A DNA stretch of 52,027 nt, counting the filler, from Bipalium vagum (Eukaryota): NCBI GenBank assembly GCA_037834085.1. It is 3 parts of 3 records of this genome, joined end to end, with 100 filler letters (N's around TTAATTAATTAA, not from the genome) between each part and the next. Parts side by side here need not be neighbours in the genome. Positions count along the whole stretch, not along the records: positions 1 to 15,663 come from JBBMKC010153533.1; positions 15,764 to 34,517 come from JBBMKC010020333.1; 1 more part is not named here. One strand, 5' to 3'. This document shows positions 12,861 through 26,906 of the stretch, in pieces. The notes beneath the pieces were generated by a model. The model saw only the letters and a list, made by a program, of their open reading frames with translations. It made no database searches and was not told where the DNA came from. Position 1 is the stretch's first letter. Every line of letters starts with the position of its first letter. The position numbers and the translations under genes were made by a program.

Positions 12861-14499
12861 ATTTCTATTCTATTCTATTATAGACAAACAGGTCGATAAT
12901 ATATTTTATTTTGACAAGATAGATAAAAAGATGTCAAACAGGAAAATGAAAGATATTAGTATTATTTTTTTTATTAAGAAATAATATTTTTTCATATTTA
13001 AACATTAAGCTTGAAATCAAGTAAAGGTAATTGTTCTCATTAATAATAAGTTAATGTATGGTGGTTATAGTGTGATGATTAATTAATTAAATTAAAATTT
13101 ATTCTTCAGCTCAAGTATATGATTGATTATTATGATTTCAGTTGAAGGTATAATAATCAAACACTGGCTCAAGTTAAAAAATGTTTAGAAAATAGAAGAG
13201 TGACAGAAATTTTTATTTTATTCTGTTAGTGATATATGAAAAACGAGCAAATGATAACATGTGTTATGTTGATAGATTTTATCAGTGCAATACAATACAA
13301 AGTTATGATCTACAGATTGTATTGTGAATAATGAGATTAATAGGTAATTAGATAAGGAAGATATATTTTAATAATATATTTAGATAATTAAATTAAAACA
13401 ATTTTTAATATTGTGAACAAAAAGAATTATATTTTATATTACTTTTTACATATTTTATAAAACATTTTATTTTATTTTTCAAATTATTTTTAATTTTTTC
13501 AGAATTAAATTTTTGAATTTTTATTATTTTTCGAGTAATATTTTGATTTATCTAAATTTTTATAAACCGAATATTATGAAAAAATAATAATTAATAATTA
13601 ATAATAAATAATAAATAATAACGAAATAAAAATATTATTTTACATTATTTTTAATATTTATATTATATTATATATAAAATATTTAAAATTAAATAATTCA
13701 TATAATAATTGTTTGGGAATAAAAGACTAAAAAAAATCTTGACTCAGCTTTTAAATAAAAATAAATAAAAATACCAGGCAAATAAATTATGTTATTGATT
13801 GACAATAATAAAATAAATAAAATATCACACTAGTTGAATTTTAACAATGGCTTTTTATTAATTGTTTTATTATTATTATTATTTATTAAATAATAAATAT
13901 TAGAATAATCAGCAGTCTCAGAGTATATTTCCAACAAATATTTGTTTTATTGATTAAGACTCCGAATTGGTTCATTTTGGAAAATTATATTATTTTTGAC
14001 GAGTTCATTAAATATAAAATTATAAATAAATAATACACCAACTTTTGGAAATAATAAATAATATAATTGATTATTTTTTCTTAAAAAATAAAATATTTCA
14101 GAAATTATTCAATTTCTTTGGAATTTTATAAAATCATTCTGCTGCTTTAATATTGATCGAAAGAGTCAGATGTTGAAAAAATTCTTCAATTAAATAATTA
14201 TTTAATTAATTAATTAATTTATTTTTATCATTTTTATTTTGGATGAGAATATTAATAAATGTTTTTATGAAACACTCTTTTCGGACTAAGTCGAAGATTT
14301 TTTCTCAACAATAAAAAAGATTGATAAATTTTTAGAAAAAAATTTACCTTTTTGATATAAAACTACATGATGAAGAATGATACTGTAAAAACCGAGTCTT
14401 AAAGATTCGAGAGTTAAAGAACAAAACCATCGAAAGTTAAAGTAAAATACAATCGTGTGAAATAAATAATTATACTTAGAAAAATAATTGGATTAATTT

Positions 14500-14679
14500 T
14501 CAGAAGCTTGATGTATTCCTGACCTGTAAAACAAACTTTTCTTTTTTCCAACACCGGGTATTTGATTCGTCTGTTTCAAACTCCTTAGCTGCCGCTGAAT
14601 TGCCATACTTTTCGGAACGGTTAACCGCTTCCAGTTTTCGGTGACTTGAATAAGATTTTCGAGTTTTATTTGTATCCAT
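14500..14679 (-). mobile_element. pogo-family transposase N-terminal HTH (Brinker-DBD-like) remnant
   Basis: MDTNKTRKSYSSHRKLEAVNRSEKYGNSAAAKEFETDESNTRCWKKEK matches the pattern RRSY...FKL.V...AE..GN.AAAREFG..E..VR.WRK; truncated. Confidence 0.6.
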
Positions 14680-15489
14680 TGCTATTATGAAATTTGAAAA
14701 TGTTATTGATTTAACAATATTCAAACACATGTGCTTTAAAATAGTATGTATTAATTTTACTAGTTTTATAAAAATTCATGTTACAGCGCATGCATGAGTT
14801 TGGCTTATAAGTAAGAATTTAGGGTATTGGAAAATGAAAAGGAGGAATGAAAATATATCAAAATATCATTTTTAAAATTATTAAGAAGCTTCAAGAATGC
14901 CATGGAAAATATTGAAAAAAAAGAGTACATGATTAAAAGGAAAAATTATTTAAAATTATAGCACAACCTTCTTTTTCATCCATGTAACAGCTTATAAATA
15001 GGAAAGACAGTATCAGCTCGGGAGACGTAACAGTGAAAATTTGCAATTAAGAAGGAGAAATAAAGGTTTAAATCATCCCATTAACTGCACTGTAAGAAAG
15101 AGAAGAGGTAATGTTGAAAAGGTTCGTGTGAGTGTCAGAATATTGAAATTAAAGAAATAATAAAGAAATTTCTGCAAATTACTTTTATTTATGAAAACAA
15201 GCAAAAGATTTACAAATCCTGGGTCATTGTTGAGTTCACAAATTCATTAGGAAAAAGTAAAAATGTTTTCTTGAAATGTTTTCAACTATTTTCAGAAGTA
15301 ATATATAACCAGTGCCAATGTATGCTGTAAATTTAAAATAAAGGAACATTACTTTTTGAAAATTTAGTGAAAATATTTAAAAGAAAAATGATAATTATAA
15401 AATATCAAAATGGAAAAATAAAAAGCTTTGTAAAAGATATTTTCAGTACATGAAATAAAAATAGAAATGCAGTGTAAAGGAAGGTTATT

Positions 15490-15643
15490 AAGTGAAACCC
15501 GTTACTTAGGGCACCACTAAATTTTGTTAATAAAAATTAAATATTGACTTATGTTTTCATGAACCCTCTATAATTTGGGCACTTCTATATCTTGGGAAAA
15601 ATATTCGGTCCCAGTGATTCCCAACATTGACAGGTTTCACTGT
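15490..15643. mobile_element. pogo/Tigger-type MITE
   Basis: Left AGTGAAACCCGTTA and right CAGGTTTCACTG are inverted; the same right terminus CAGGTTTCACTGTA recurs at about 34680-34693. Confidence 0.45.
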
Positions 15644-15763
15644 GCATTAAATTATTATTATTANNNNNNNNNNNNNNNNNNNNNNNNNNNNNNNNNNNNN
15701 NNNNNNNTTAATTAATTAANNNNNNNNNNNNNNNNNNNNNNNNNNNNNNNNNNNNNNNNNNNN

Positions 15764-15930
15764 GGGCATTTGAATTTCTTATTTTAAATAATATTAATTA
15801 TTTAAACAAGCATTAAATTAAGACTTAAATAATTAAATATGACTTTAAAATAAAAAATATGACTTTACGTTGAAATCGTGAAATATGACCTAAAAAAATT
15901 TTATGACATTTCATAAGAATCCGTGCCCTA
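15764..15930. mobile_element. Terminus of a hAT-like element (TAGGGCACGGAT TIR) with subterminal AAATATGAC repeats
   Basis: ATCCGTGCCCTA at 15919-15930, preceded by three AAATATGAC copies and one TTATGAC; the left part is lost in the gap. Confidence 0.4.
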
Positions 15931-16069
15931 CTAATTATTAATAATTATTAAATAATTTTTAGTTTTTTTTCATTGGGTTATTTAATTATCAATAATTACG
16001 TTGATTAATTTTTTCAATAAAATTTTAATTTATCAAAACCATTGAAATAATATTTTATAAAAACATTAA

Positions 16070-16310
16070 CATTATATTCCTAAGAAGCCTGCAAGGTGTG
16101 ATCTTTAAAATTTATTGGTGTGCGATAATAAAACAGACTATGCTTGGAATATACAACCTTATATTGGTAGTAGCCGAGAAATGGATTTAGAAAATAATCA
16201 AGGTTTGAGATTGACAATAGATCGAACCATAGAATTAAAAAGCCAAAACATAACATGTGACAACTTTTCCACTTTACATTAACTAGGATTAAAACTTTTG
16301 GAAAGATCGC
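16070..16310 (+). mobile_element. piggyBac transposase fragment (decayed)
   Basis: HYIPKKPARCDL*NLLVCDNKTDYAWNIQPYIG...ENNQGLRLTID... then, after a frameshift, QNITCDNFST. This matches piggyBac YIPSKPAKYGIK...CD..T.YAWN.Q.Y.G...NQG...NITCDNFFT. Confidence 0.75.
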
Positions 16311-16719
16311 TGGCAATGATTATTTCAATACCATCAGAACTTTTATTAGTAAAACCAGCCTCGATTGAGTTCAAAATTTGTTTTGATTTATTTGTGTTTC
16401 AAATTTGCGTCAAAGATGATTTTAAAATGATTTAATCAAACGCTTTGTTGTTTTTTCCCGTATCAGCATCCTAGGTATTTTTCATAAATCAAAAAATTTA
16501 AAACTATTTGCTAATGGTCTCACCATCCGGGATTGGATAGCGAGGTTTGTTATTTAAAATCTAAGAAAATCTCAGTTTCTGATGTCAGAGTATGTTTTCA
16601 AATTTTTTTTAGTTATTGCTTTCTAATCGACTTCAGTTATCAACAATTCAATTTTTGCAAGTTTGAGTTTCAATAGACTTCAAATCTTAAGTAAAAGACG
16701 AATAATCTTCTTTCAACTT

Positions 16720-17175
16720 TTATTATTACAATTTGTCTAATGAAACGACTATCTTTTGGAGTTTCCAGCACGTTTCTACACGTTTCCATACGTCGCTTTG
16801 TCTGATTTTTGGTCAAATCATGAGGTACTTCTCTACATCATTTGTTGACCTGACCGATTGCTTTAAGGTGTAAGATAACTGTTACTTTGGAAATACCTAG
16901 ATTAGCGACAATATTGGTGCTAGTCGATAGTTTGGCTACAATGTTGCATTGTGCTTCTTGATTCACAGTTACTGGCCTACTAGAACGTAATTGATCGTAT
17001 AGATCATTATCACCTTCATTAAATTTTTTAAACCAGATATACCAATTGAGACCACACCTTCACTTTCGTACATGACCTACAATTATAACCTTTGATAAGT
17101 GCCGATATGGTGTTAAGCAGAGTGAATAATAAAATACAGATATACGCTTCCAAGTGTATCATTTCTTTGGCTCAT
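16720..17175 (-). mobile_element. Decayed mariner, N-terminal half
   Basis: WFKKFNEGDNDLYDQLRSSRPVTVN...LGISKVTVILHLKAIG...REVPHDLTKNQTKRRMETCRNVLETPKDSRFIRQIV (WVPHEL-like linker). Confidence 0.75.
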
Positions 17176-18422
17176 TTAGAATCTCTTATTAGTTAATATT
17201 CAACGCGAGTTATCTTAATATAAAAAAGCAAAATTAATGTAACCTATGTAAGATAGCTTAAGAAGATCATTTATTGTTATTATTATTTTTTATTTTATTC
17301 TTTCCAAGATTGTAAAAACCCCTTTGCTTTATAACAATATTTTCATGCATATATAAGTAATTTATTATTTAGAAGTGTTTTGACTTAGATAGGTTGTTAT
17401 TGTTGATTATATAATACACGATAAATGGATAAAATTTATTTAATAAAAAGGTGAGAACTATAATTATTTTTGAATTGATTCAAACAAAATTAAATATAAA
17501 TGAAAATTTTAATTCTAAAATCAAAGGATATTTATCATATTAAAGTTTGACTTTCGTAGTACTCCCCCAGCGAACTTGTTGATCCAATGTTGATATAATG
17601 AAGATATTTAAACATTTGCACTCCAATTAAGAAAAGGGTGATTAAATCTCACATTTCCGGGATAAATCTAACGAAATATTAATATATTTTTATTATATAT
17701 TATATTTTTATTATATATAATATATATTATATTATTTTATTATATTTTTATAATATTTTTATATTCAAAATCTTTAGTCAGTGGCCTAAATAAACTGATA
17801 TAAATTAATAATTAAATTAATTAAATTAAATAGACACTTAACTTTAGTTAATTTCTATAATGAAACATCTTTGCCATTTAAAACGTCTATATATTCTTCC
17901 TAAAATAAAAAAATTATTTACAGTAACACTAAAGAAGATATTCGATAAAATAATTTCTGTAATTATAATATTTCATGAAACATAATATAATTCAATAAAT
18001 ATAATTATAATATTTTTCTTTTGAACTAGTCATAAGCAATTAATTTTTGATATTGTGTTATATTTTAAAATTTTTTCTATGGTTAAATTTAAAAAACAGA
18101 AAATAAGTGTTTTAATGAAATAAATTTCAAAAATTTTTATTTTTAAGGATTTCTAAAATTACTGAAACGTTTGATTATGAATTATTACGGTGTCCCATAA
18201 AAATGTCAGTTTCAAAAGTGTAAATTATTAATAAAAAGAATTACCAAGTATAACTGGAATAATTGACATTTTTATTTCAAAATATTAGACTTAAATTTTC
18301 TTGAGTTTTTCGAAATTTTTCTTTTAGAACAATATTTAAATGAAATTTAATTATAACATTATCATTGTCAAACTTTAATTGCTAAAAAAACTCGATAAAT
18401 AAATATGAAAGATGTGTATGTT

Positions 18423-19430
18423 ACAGTGTTGTGCAAATTAATTGGGACAGACGATATTTCACCTTAGATAATGGTTTGTTAAGTGGGAATTAATATAGAA
18501 AATTAATAATATAGCTGTACATTTAGTAATGAATGTGTCCAACACATGGTGATATTGAAATTTCAGCATATTTCTTTGAGTTCATCGTCATAATTCAAGC
18601 TAGATTTACTATGTCGTAGCAATGTTCTTTTGATGATTGACCAAAAATTTTCTATTAGATTTAAGTAAGGACTATTTCCTAGCCAGTAAAGCATATGTAT
18701 ATTGCTGTGTTCCACGTTGAATTTTGTTCTGCGAGCAGTATGGTACGTCATCAGATCGTGTTTAAAAATATTATCTCCACCCGGATATAAATTTAATAGC
18801 TCTGTAAAGACCTTTCTCGAAAGATTATCAATTTATTTATCTTGATTTATCATGCCTTCCACTGGTTTTAAGGTACCAGAGCGCTTCTAAAACATCTGCT
18901 TTACAACTTTTTGCTATTTATGATCTGAGGAAATTGTTTCAGCATCGCTCCATCGCACAAAGCTTGACCGACAACTTTGTGCTTCAAATAGAGCCTCGTT
19001 TGAGAAAATTACTTTTCACCAACTTTCAGTACACTCTATTTTGTGTTCCTTGACCCAAAGCGGTCTTTTCTTATTCATGGAAATCGGTAATAATTGTTTC
19101 TTTATAGACATGTGTGCTTTCCGGCAAACTTCCAGTAACCTTTTTTGCACAGTTGAAGAATCAAGCACCATACCAGAAAGAGACAAATCCATATGGAGAT
19201 CTGAAAGGGTCTTCCAATGATTTTTTTTTGTATTAAGGGAAATTGATCATCTCTGATAGTAGTAATTCTTTTTCGGCCACATCAACCTTTCCGTTTGTAT
19301 GAGACAGCCTTCAAATTTTTATATACCAACCGAAAAACTATGGATTAACAATATCTCTGATACTCATGCCTGTATTGATATTGAGTGCTACTAATTTAGC
19401 ACGCTTTTCTGGCGAAGTATTCATAATAGA
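18423..19430 (-). mobile_element. Decayed Tc1-like element with one TIR
   Basis: TA-CAGTGTTGTGCAAATTAATTGGGAC terminus at 18422. Minus-strand MNTSPEKRAKLVAL (start about 19424) and WLGNSPYLNLIENFWSIIKR (Tc1 WP..SPDLNPIENLW). Confidence 0.75.
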
Positions 19431-21040
19431 AAAAAATAACAATGATGTAGCAAGAAGAGTTAATATTGTTAAGCCAAACAATATAGGATTAGTAAGATAA
19501 ATGTTAGTAATTGATCAAAAAAAGATATCTTTAAGAAAAAATTAAGTTCAAGTAAATTTTATCCGTTTATCTGATGACGATTTCCTCCTGAACTATTTGG
19601 TATATGAGGAGGTTAATCAGACATGAGGAATTTTTTATTTATTTTAAAATATTTAGAAATAATAAATGAAATTTTAAAAGTAAACTAATTTTGTAAAATT
19701 TAATAAAAAAATGAATTTCCAGGTCTTGGAAAACTTTTTAAAATATTATTTGTTTTATCACTTAATAAATTCATTCAAAAATGACTTGTAGTTCTGATTA
19801 TAAACCGATTGATATTAACAAGGTATATGCAAATGTTTTATAATTTTTGGGCATTGCCTAAATAATTTAGCAACTCAATCCAAATTGTATTTCGGTAATT
19901 CAGATATTAAATTTTATGAAACGTTTTTTATTTAAATTTATTTCTAATATGATATAAAAATTATCGTTGAAAATTGACACATTGACTGTTCTTCACATTC
20001 AACTATTCTTTGGTATCTTTGTGCTCAAAACCAAAGGTACCAATGAATTGACTTATAATGACAAAAAGATAGTGAGATATAGATTATACGTAATTGAACA
20101 TTGTACTAAATAGGGTTTGTACTAATATAATTTTTGCTATTAGAATAAAGTTGATGTTCATAAAAACCCTATTAAAATGTCCATAGTTATGATCAAATCC
20201 AACAAGTAATTGTGAGACTAAAATCATTATTTTTGATAGAAATGTCTTGCTCCCCGCCTTTTGTAATGGACGTAGAAATGTACTCTTATGCCAAGGGGTC
20301 AGAGTTAAGTCAAATATTTACAAACCACACAATTAAAATGGCCAAAAAATAATTAAAAGTTGATGGTCTGATAATAACGGATAATTATTCTATTTTATAA
20401 TAATAGAAAACCGAGCCTCATTAATTAATAAAAAGGAATCGTAAAGTCACAATGACCAAGTTTTTATTTTTCCCGCTAAATGATTGTTGAATTATTTAAT
20501 AAAAATATTAAATTTCTCTTCGCTTAATTGGAAATTTAATGTTGCAATTATCATCAAATATCGAATTTCGACTATTAAAAATTCCCGTTTTTTAAAAAGA
20601 AAAAAAGGATTCATTTGCATTTTTATTATTAAGTCAAATTTAATGCAAATTTTTATCGATTGCTGCAAACTTTAAAGTTTTTTTTCACCATTTTAAATTG
20701 AAATTTTCTCTTAATTTCAGTTTATTTTAAAGGAAGATCAGTGAAGGAAGATATTAAGATTACCCAAATGAATCAAAGTCATTTCGATGTCTTGGTATAT
20801 AGATCAGAATATGTTAATGAAGGTTTCTGTATAATATATTTAAACCCTTTGTTTGTTGGTGGGAGATTAGGGTCGAATTTAAAAAATCCCACAATGGTGG
20901 GTTATCAGGTTTTCTATTTATATACTTTTAATATTTTCTTATGAGGGGTTGGTTGAGTTCTTGATTTAAAATTAAAATTAAAAAAAGTTATTAGGTAATT
21001 TTTCTTAATTTCATTTTATTAACTAAATAAAATAAGCATG

Positions 21041-21184
21041 CAGTAGAACCCTCTTAAGAGCACTTGTAAAATGTCAGTAAAATATGTGCCTTTAATCGAC
21101 TTACGTTTTAAATCTTTTTTTTAAAAATACATATCAGGAATTTTTTTGTTAATACGTTTATATCGAGAGTACTTTACTCCACTG
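21041..21184. mobile_element. Possible small TA-flanked MITE
   Basis: CAGTAGAAC... and ...CTCCACTG-TA form imperfect inverted ends. Confidence 0.3.
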
Positions 21185-22489
21185 TAATATCAAAATATTT
21201 TAATTAATTTATTTAATATTTAATTTTGTAATTTTGTTGTTCTGATTTTAATTTTTTAGTTGTTGTAACCACTTGGTTCTGATTTTGATTGCTAAAACAA
21301 TTTTTTAAAATTAAATTGTTTGCTAGTTTTTCTTAATTTCTCTGTAAATAAACACAATATTCATTAAAACAAACATATAAACGAAAGTTTTAGGTTTAAA
21401 TAATAAAAGAGATGTATCAAATCTGAAATTTTTTATTTTTATTTTAAATTGTAAAAAGAAACTAAAATGTCTTCAGTAATTGTCGGTTTCATTTTTGACT
21501 TTCATGAATCCATGGGTCATGGTCATTTGTTTAAGATTCCTTAAAGCCGTATTCATAACGCTGGAAACCTCAAGTATTCATTAGAAATCATCAAACTCAT
21601 ACGAGGACGTGGTTATGACTTTACAAGAAGAACAGATGAAGGTCGCCCATCAAATTATGGAATATTTTGTTTTGCTAAAGTGAATTTAGAATTTTAAAAA
21701 TAAATAATTTTTGGTTACAATATGCTGGATGTCTTGTCCGGCTTAATATTTTTAGTAAAATAAACACCTAGATCTTAACAGGCAATGGTGAAGATATTTT
21801 TTAAAGCTTAAAATAATATAAAATAAAAAGTCTTTTAATTGGAAAGAATTTAAAATGAAAAGTCAAAATGGCTATCAATATAAACCAGTGTTTTCGCAAT
21901 CATCATAAGTATGAAATAAAATAATGAAATATAGTAAATATAATAAATAATCATACTATAAATCCCATTGTTCCTTTTGTTTGGTGAAGAATTGATTTAT
22001 CATTAATTAATAATTTCTCGCAAAAGAATTCCCAAATGGCTCAGTAGAAATGGAGATTGACATTAATAATAAGTACATTTTCATCAATTTTTATTTAATA
22101 ATCTCAGATACCCATGGCATTTTTCTCTTTGCTAATTTTTTTATTTTCAATTTCGTTTCCGACGAATTTTTCTCATCAAATCTCATCCCAGAGAACAGTA
22201 AATAGTATTTGGTTCTTTCATTTCATTTCATGATTGTTTTTTGACCACCAAGTAAAAAAATATTTTTTCATTATCCCGATGCGTTTTAATGGAAAGTCAT
22301 TATTTTTTGTTTTTTACTTAAAATATCTTTTAGTTCAACCTTTAATTCGATAGAATGTTCTATTTAGAAGAAACTTTTATATTTATACAGAGTTTATATT
22401 TTTATAAAGAAAAAGTCGTGGTTCTTTAAACAATATATATAAATATTTTATAGAGAATTATTTAAAACATTCATTTTCAACTTGTTCTA

Positions 22490-23230
22490 TATTCTCAAAA
22501 GTATCGTCCTCTAAGGAAATAAGTCATTGGTCGGTAAAGGTGGTAATCGCTGGGTGCTAGATCCGGACTGAATGCAGGATGTGGTATAATTTCAATTTCT
22601 TCTAATTGGGTAATTTTATTTTGCCTTACTCACGCAGTATGCGGACGAACATTATCCTGTTGCAGAAGTATCCGCTTTCTGTTGACTAAAGCAAGATATT
22701 TTATGGCTAATTGTTTGTACATCTGATTGAGCTGAGCAGAATATAACTCAGCAGTAATGGTTTGGCCATCTGGAAGTACTTCGAAGTATATAATCCCCTC
22801 AAAGTTCCACCACATGCACAACATGATCTTTTTTCCGAACCTATCTTGTTTTGGAAACGCCTTGGGCTTCTGGCCTGGTTCCAACCATTAATTGATTCCA
22901 ACCAAACCTGTTCGGATTATAAAAATATATTCATTTTTCGTCGCACGTGACTATGCGACGTATAAAGCGTTCATCATTTGGATTACTTAATAATGGAAGA
23001 CAGATCGACAAACGGCTTTTAGCTTTACTTGACGTCAAATCCTGCGGTACTAGAGAAACGCGCTTGTATCATTTGTTATGTTGATGTAGATGACAATATC
23101 ATAAATGGAAATGATCAAAAATTTCTTATAGCCTCATTTTGATGGAGTTTAACTTAGCGAGGTGTACTTGTAGATGAACTGCCCGTTTAAAGGTTTTGTC
23201 AAAATTTCCAATTTTTTATTCATTTCTCTT
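22490..23230 (-). mobile_element. mariner transposase pseudogene (catalytic region well preserved)
   Basis: GKKIMLCMWWNFEGIIYFEVLPDGQTITAELYSAQL...RILLQQDNVRPHTA*...IIPHPAFSPDLAPSDYHL; upstream RIVTCDEK-like segment near 22960-22940. Confidence 0.9.
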
Positions 23231-23449
23231 AAATGCAATGTACCTTACAATTGCATGATTTCCTCGATCAATTACATAAATTGATAATAATATTTCACTT
23301 TTTTCTAGTTTTAAATTCTTAACATTAATTATCCCATGATAAACATTCAATCAAAAACTAGCCTCATAAAATGGTCCGAAAAAATAATTTTAACAACTTT
23401 AAACAGTATGTTTTGATTTATTATGATTTAAAAACTATTTTTGAGTACG

Positions 23450-23750
23450 AGGTCGTAGAAAAAGAAATGTCCCTGAAGGTTTCTGAGATTTCATCCACTG
23501 TCACCCGAGGATTTTTCTCTACCAAATCACGAAGGATTTGTTCATTATGGCAATGGTTTTCCTGATTTTTGAGCATTCTCAAAATCAAATTATCCAGATT
23601 TAAATTTGAAAACCATCTTCATTCCTTCCTCTCATCCAACACTTTCTCATAAAAGAATTAATCTTCTACATAGCCTCTGCTGCTGAATTTCCTAGATCAA
23701 ATTCATATAGCATGCAATTTCTTACATTTTCTTTGTAGGTTTAAAGCTTA
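23450..23750 (-). mobile_element. mariner N-terminal remnant (cecropia/elegans-like)
   Basis: ENVRNCMLYEFDLGNSAAEAM and NPRVTVDEISE. Confidence 0.65.
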
Positions 23751-24620
23751 TCATTTTTAAATTAACTGCAGGCATTCTACAAATATCATATTATTTAAAC
23801 AAGCACTACTTACTTTATTAATACTTAATGAAATATTATTATAATAATAATATATAATATATAAATATATTATTATAATTATTGTTATTATTTTATTTGT
23901 AGCAATTTTTTGTTATAATTCAACGAAGTAAAGAAAAAAATTTTTAATAAAATTTCGAAATTGCCGGTTATTAGAATCACAGAAACCGATTTATATTTCC
24001 AAAATATTAGATTACAAAAGGAAATTAATTGATTAAAATGAAAAATCCAATAATAGCATAAATTGATTTTAAGAAAAATCACATTTAATAATTTTTAAAC
24101 TTTCAATTCTGAAAATGAAGAACCCAAATTTTAACTAATAAATCTAACGCTCCATTCAACCAAGTTGATTTTCTCGGTGTTTTTCTTTCTAGTGGGATAT
24201 GGTTTTTAATTGTATTTCTACAGGATTTAGAAATATATTCTTCCGATTTATTTGATTATAATTAAAAATCAAATATAACAAATGTACACGATTTTTCATA
24301 ATTATTTGTAAAAGCGCTTAATTTGCTTTTCACAAATATAACAATTATAATTTTATTTTCATTTTCTCTGAGGTTATTTACGGTTATCACTCATAATATA
24401 GTTTCATTTGTTTTAATGAATATTTTCCATTTTTTATTTATTTATTAACATAAGCTGAGTTTATGACATTCCCAGACATTCACATACTAAATATAATCAA
24501 GATACCATACGATCCCAAATACAGTAACCAGGAGAGATCATTCAAGTGATCAAACGCTTAATTTTTAGATTTGATGAATCCTTCAATCTGTTTAATCAAG
24601 CTTAAAAATCTTATGAGCAC

Positions 24621-25050
24621 TTGACCTTTACTAAGCCATTTCATATTTGTATGCAAGGTAAAATCAAATATTCATTTCTAGTTGATCTATTTAAAGACCT
24701 ACACATTTCAGCACAATATGTTTCGAAGTTGCATCTTAACAACCTGACAGAGAAACAACAAGAAAATACAGCGTTCTCAACGAAAGAGACAGTTCTTTTT
24801 CATAAAATGACTTTTGGTATATCAGCAACTTCATTAACGTTCCAAAACCTAATGGTAAAGGTAAAAAGTTGTCAAAGAAATAAAAGTTTGTATTATGGTT
24901 GCACAATACCTCATAAAAAGATCATTACGCTATGTTACACAAGAATTTAAAACAGTAAACTTAAGAGAAAATTAATTTGCTAAATTTCTGAGGAACATAG
25001 ATTACAAAGCGGGAGAAAGTACGTGGGACAAAAATTGCAGTGACCAATTT
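24621..25050 (+). mobile_element. Ty3/Gypsy reverse-transcriptase remnant
   Basis: AQYVSKLHL...EKQQENTAFSTKETVLFHKMTFGISATSLTFQNLM parallels Gypsy RT (FSKLDL...KTAFST..G.F.F..MPFGL.NAPATFQRLM); no intact YxDD. Confidence 0.6.
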
Positions 25051-25439
25051 ATTTTAAAATCCAAAATGATTTTAAGAATCTTATTAATAGATATTTTTAC
25101 GGACAAAGGGCCAATAATAGATTTAATTAAAGATAAATTGATTTAGAACCACGGTACAGCACAGACAATATACTTGGATTGTGATAGGATACAAAAATAT
25201 ATCACTCAAAAATCTATCTTTATAAAACTAAAGGATTCATGGAGCAACAATTTCTGTTTAAATCAAAATTTCTCTACATTATTTGATTTAGAGACCACCA
25301 TAAATCAAAATAGATGATGTTAATAACAATATCGAAAAACACTGGTTTGGGTTAATAACAATACATAGCGCAAAATTGTAGTTCTAAGAAAAAGTGAGAG
25401 TTTTGTGTTAACGGCAAAATGTAACACAAATAATAATTT

Positions 25440-25900
25440 AAATCTTATGGTGCTAAAACTGGGCTGTATGCTGAAGGAGGAATTAGTTCAAATTCAGCAA
25501 ATTAATCTATCTTTCCTATTGTCTTTTTAGCTGTGTGTGGTCCAGCAGTATTCTGTTGTAAGAGGATAGGATTTCTGTTGATTAATTGTGGGTAACGTTT
25601 TTGGATTATTTCGTGAACACAATCTAAGTGTTGAAAATAAACTTCAGGCTTTATTGGATGATCGTCTGAAGTTATTTTAAAATGTTTGATGCCCTCATAA
25701 TTCCACCATACAAAAACCAGAACTTTCTTTTGGTACCTTGACTACTTACAGACAGACAGCAAAGGTTCACCAGACAGACGCCATTGTTTTTTGTTATCAA
25801 CGGACACTTAATAAATCCACTTTTCGTCGCAGGTTATTATTTTTCGTCAAAAGCAAGTTTTCCAGTAATATTTGATGAACATTTACATGTCTTTTTATTG
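25440..25900 (-). mobile_element. mariner transposase pseudogene fragment
   Basis: IITCDEKWIY*VSVDNKKQWRLSGEP...KKVLVFVWWNYEGIKHF...ILLQQNTAGPHTA...PPSAYSPVLAP*D. Confidence 0.85.
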
Positions 25901-26906
25901 TTCAGGTGTTAAATCGTGAATCAATTTTGTACACATTATTTATCTTTAAAAATAATCATAAACAAAGGGTTCAGATAAACAAGTGCTAAACATTGATATC
26001 AAATTTATTATAAATATAATGGGTTGAGGAATAAGTTTATTCCGTTTTTTTATTAATATAAATCTCTAATTCTTGCGTAGATTTTTTTGTTTAAATATAT
26101 TATATACATTGTATATCATAATTTTGAATTTTTAGGTAACTTTTGAATATTACTTTAACTTGTGATTTTATACTTTTTAGAATTTTTAATGTTAAACTTT
26201 TCATCAGTAAATAGTAGATTAATTATAGAACAATCTAACACTATTGTTGTAAATAAAAATATTGCTATATTTTATACGTTCTGCTTGTTTTTTTTGAAAA
26301 TTTGAAACGTAACCTTAAATTGGAACACCATTTAACAAGTGTTTTTCAAAAATAAAATTATTTCGGATATTCAATTTTAAATGCTGGAACCAGAACGTAC
26401 AAAATCGTTTGCAAATTGATTGGATAAAAATAACTATTATATCTTAAGTCTGAATTTTTAAATTAGCTGCTAACCTTGGTAGTAGTAGTGGGGGTAGGTA
26501 ACCCAAAATCATTTGAAATACCTATTCTAATCATTGTTATTAATATGTATAATTACAAATGCATGACAAAAACAAAATCAAATTTATAGTCACTTTCTTC
26601 GGGGAATACATCAATTATTTTAGGATAATTAAAAGAGAATGAAGGAAACAGAAGATAACTATCTTAATTTTTCCCAGATTGATTGAAGTACAGAGAGAAG
26701 CAATATCAATTTTCAATAATATAATATTTCACAAATGAATTACAGTAAATAATAAAAATGCACAATCCCCATATACATTGCAATTAATAAGAAATTAAAA
26801 ATAAACGAAAAAATAAAATATTTTCATGGCTGATACTGATCGATTCACATATGGTAAAACTCAGATGTTGTGCAACGAAAATTCGAAAATAAATAAAATT
26901 ATGTTA

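Noticed and set aside
15664-15763. Perfect palindrome TTAATTAATTAA embedded in Ns (also at 34518-34617)
   Set aside because: Identical 44N + 12 + 44N = 100 bp layout at both sites; this is an artificial six-frame-stop scaffolding spacer, not biology.
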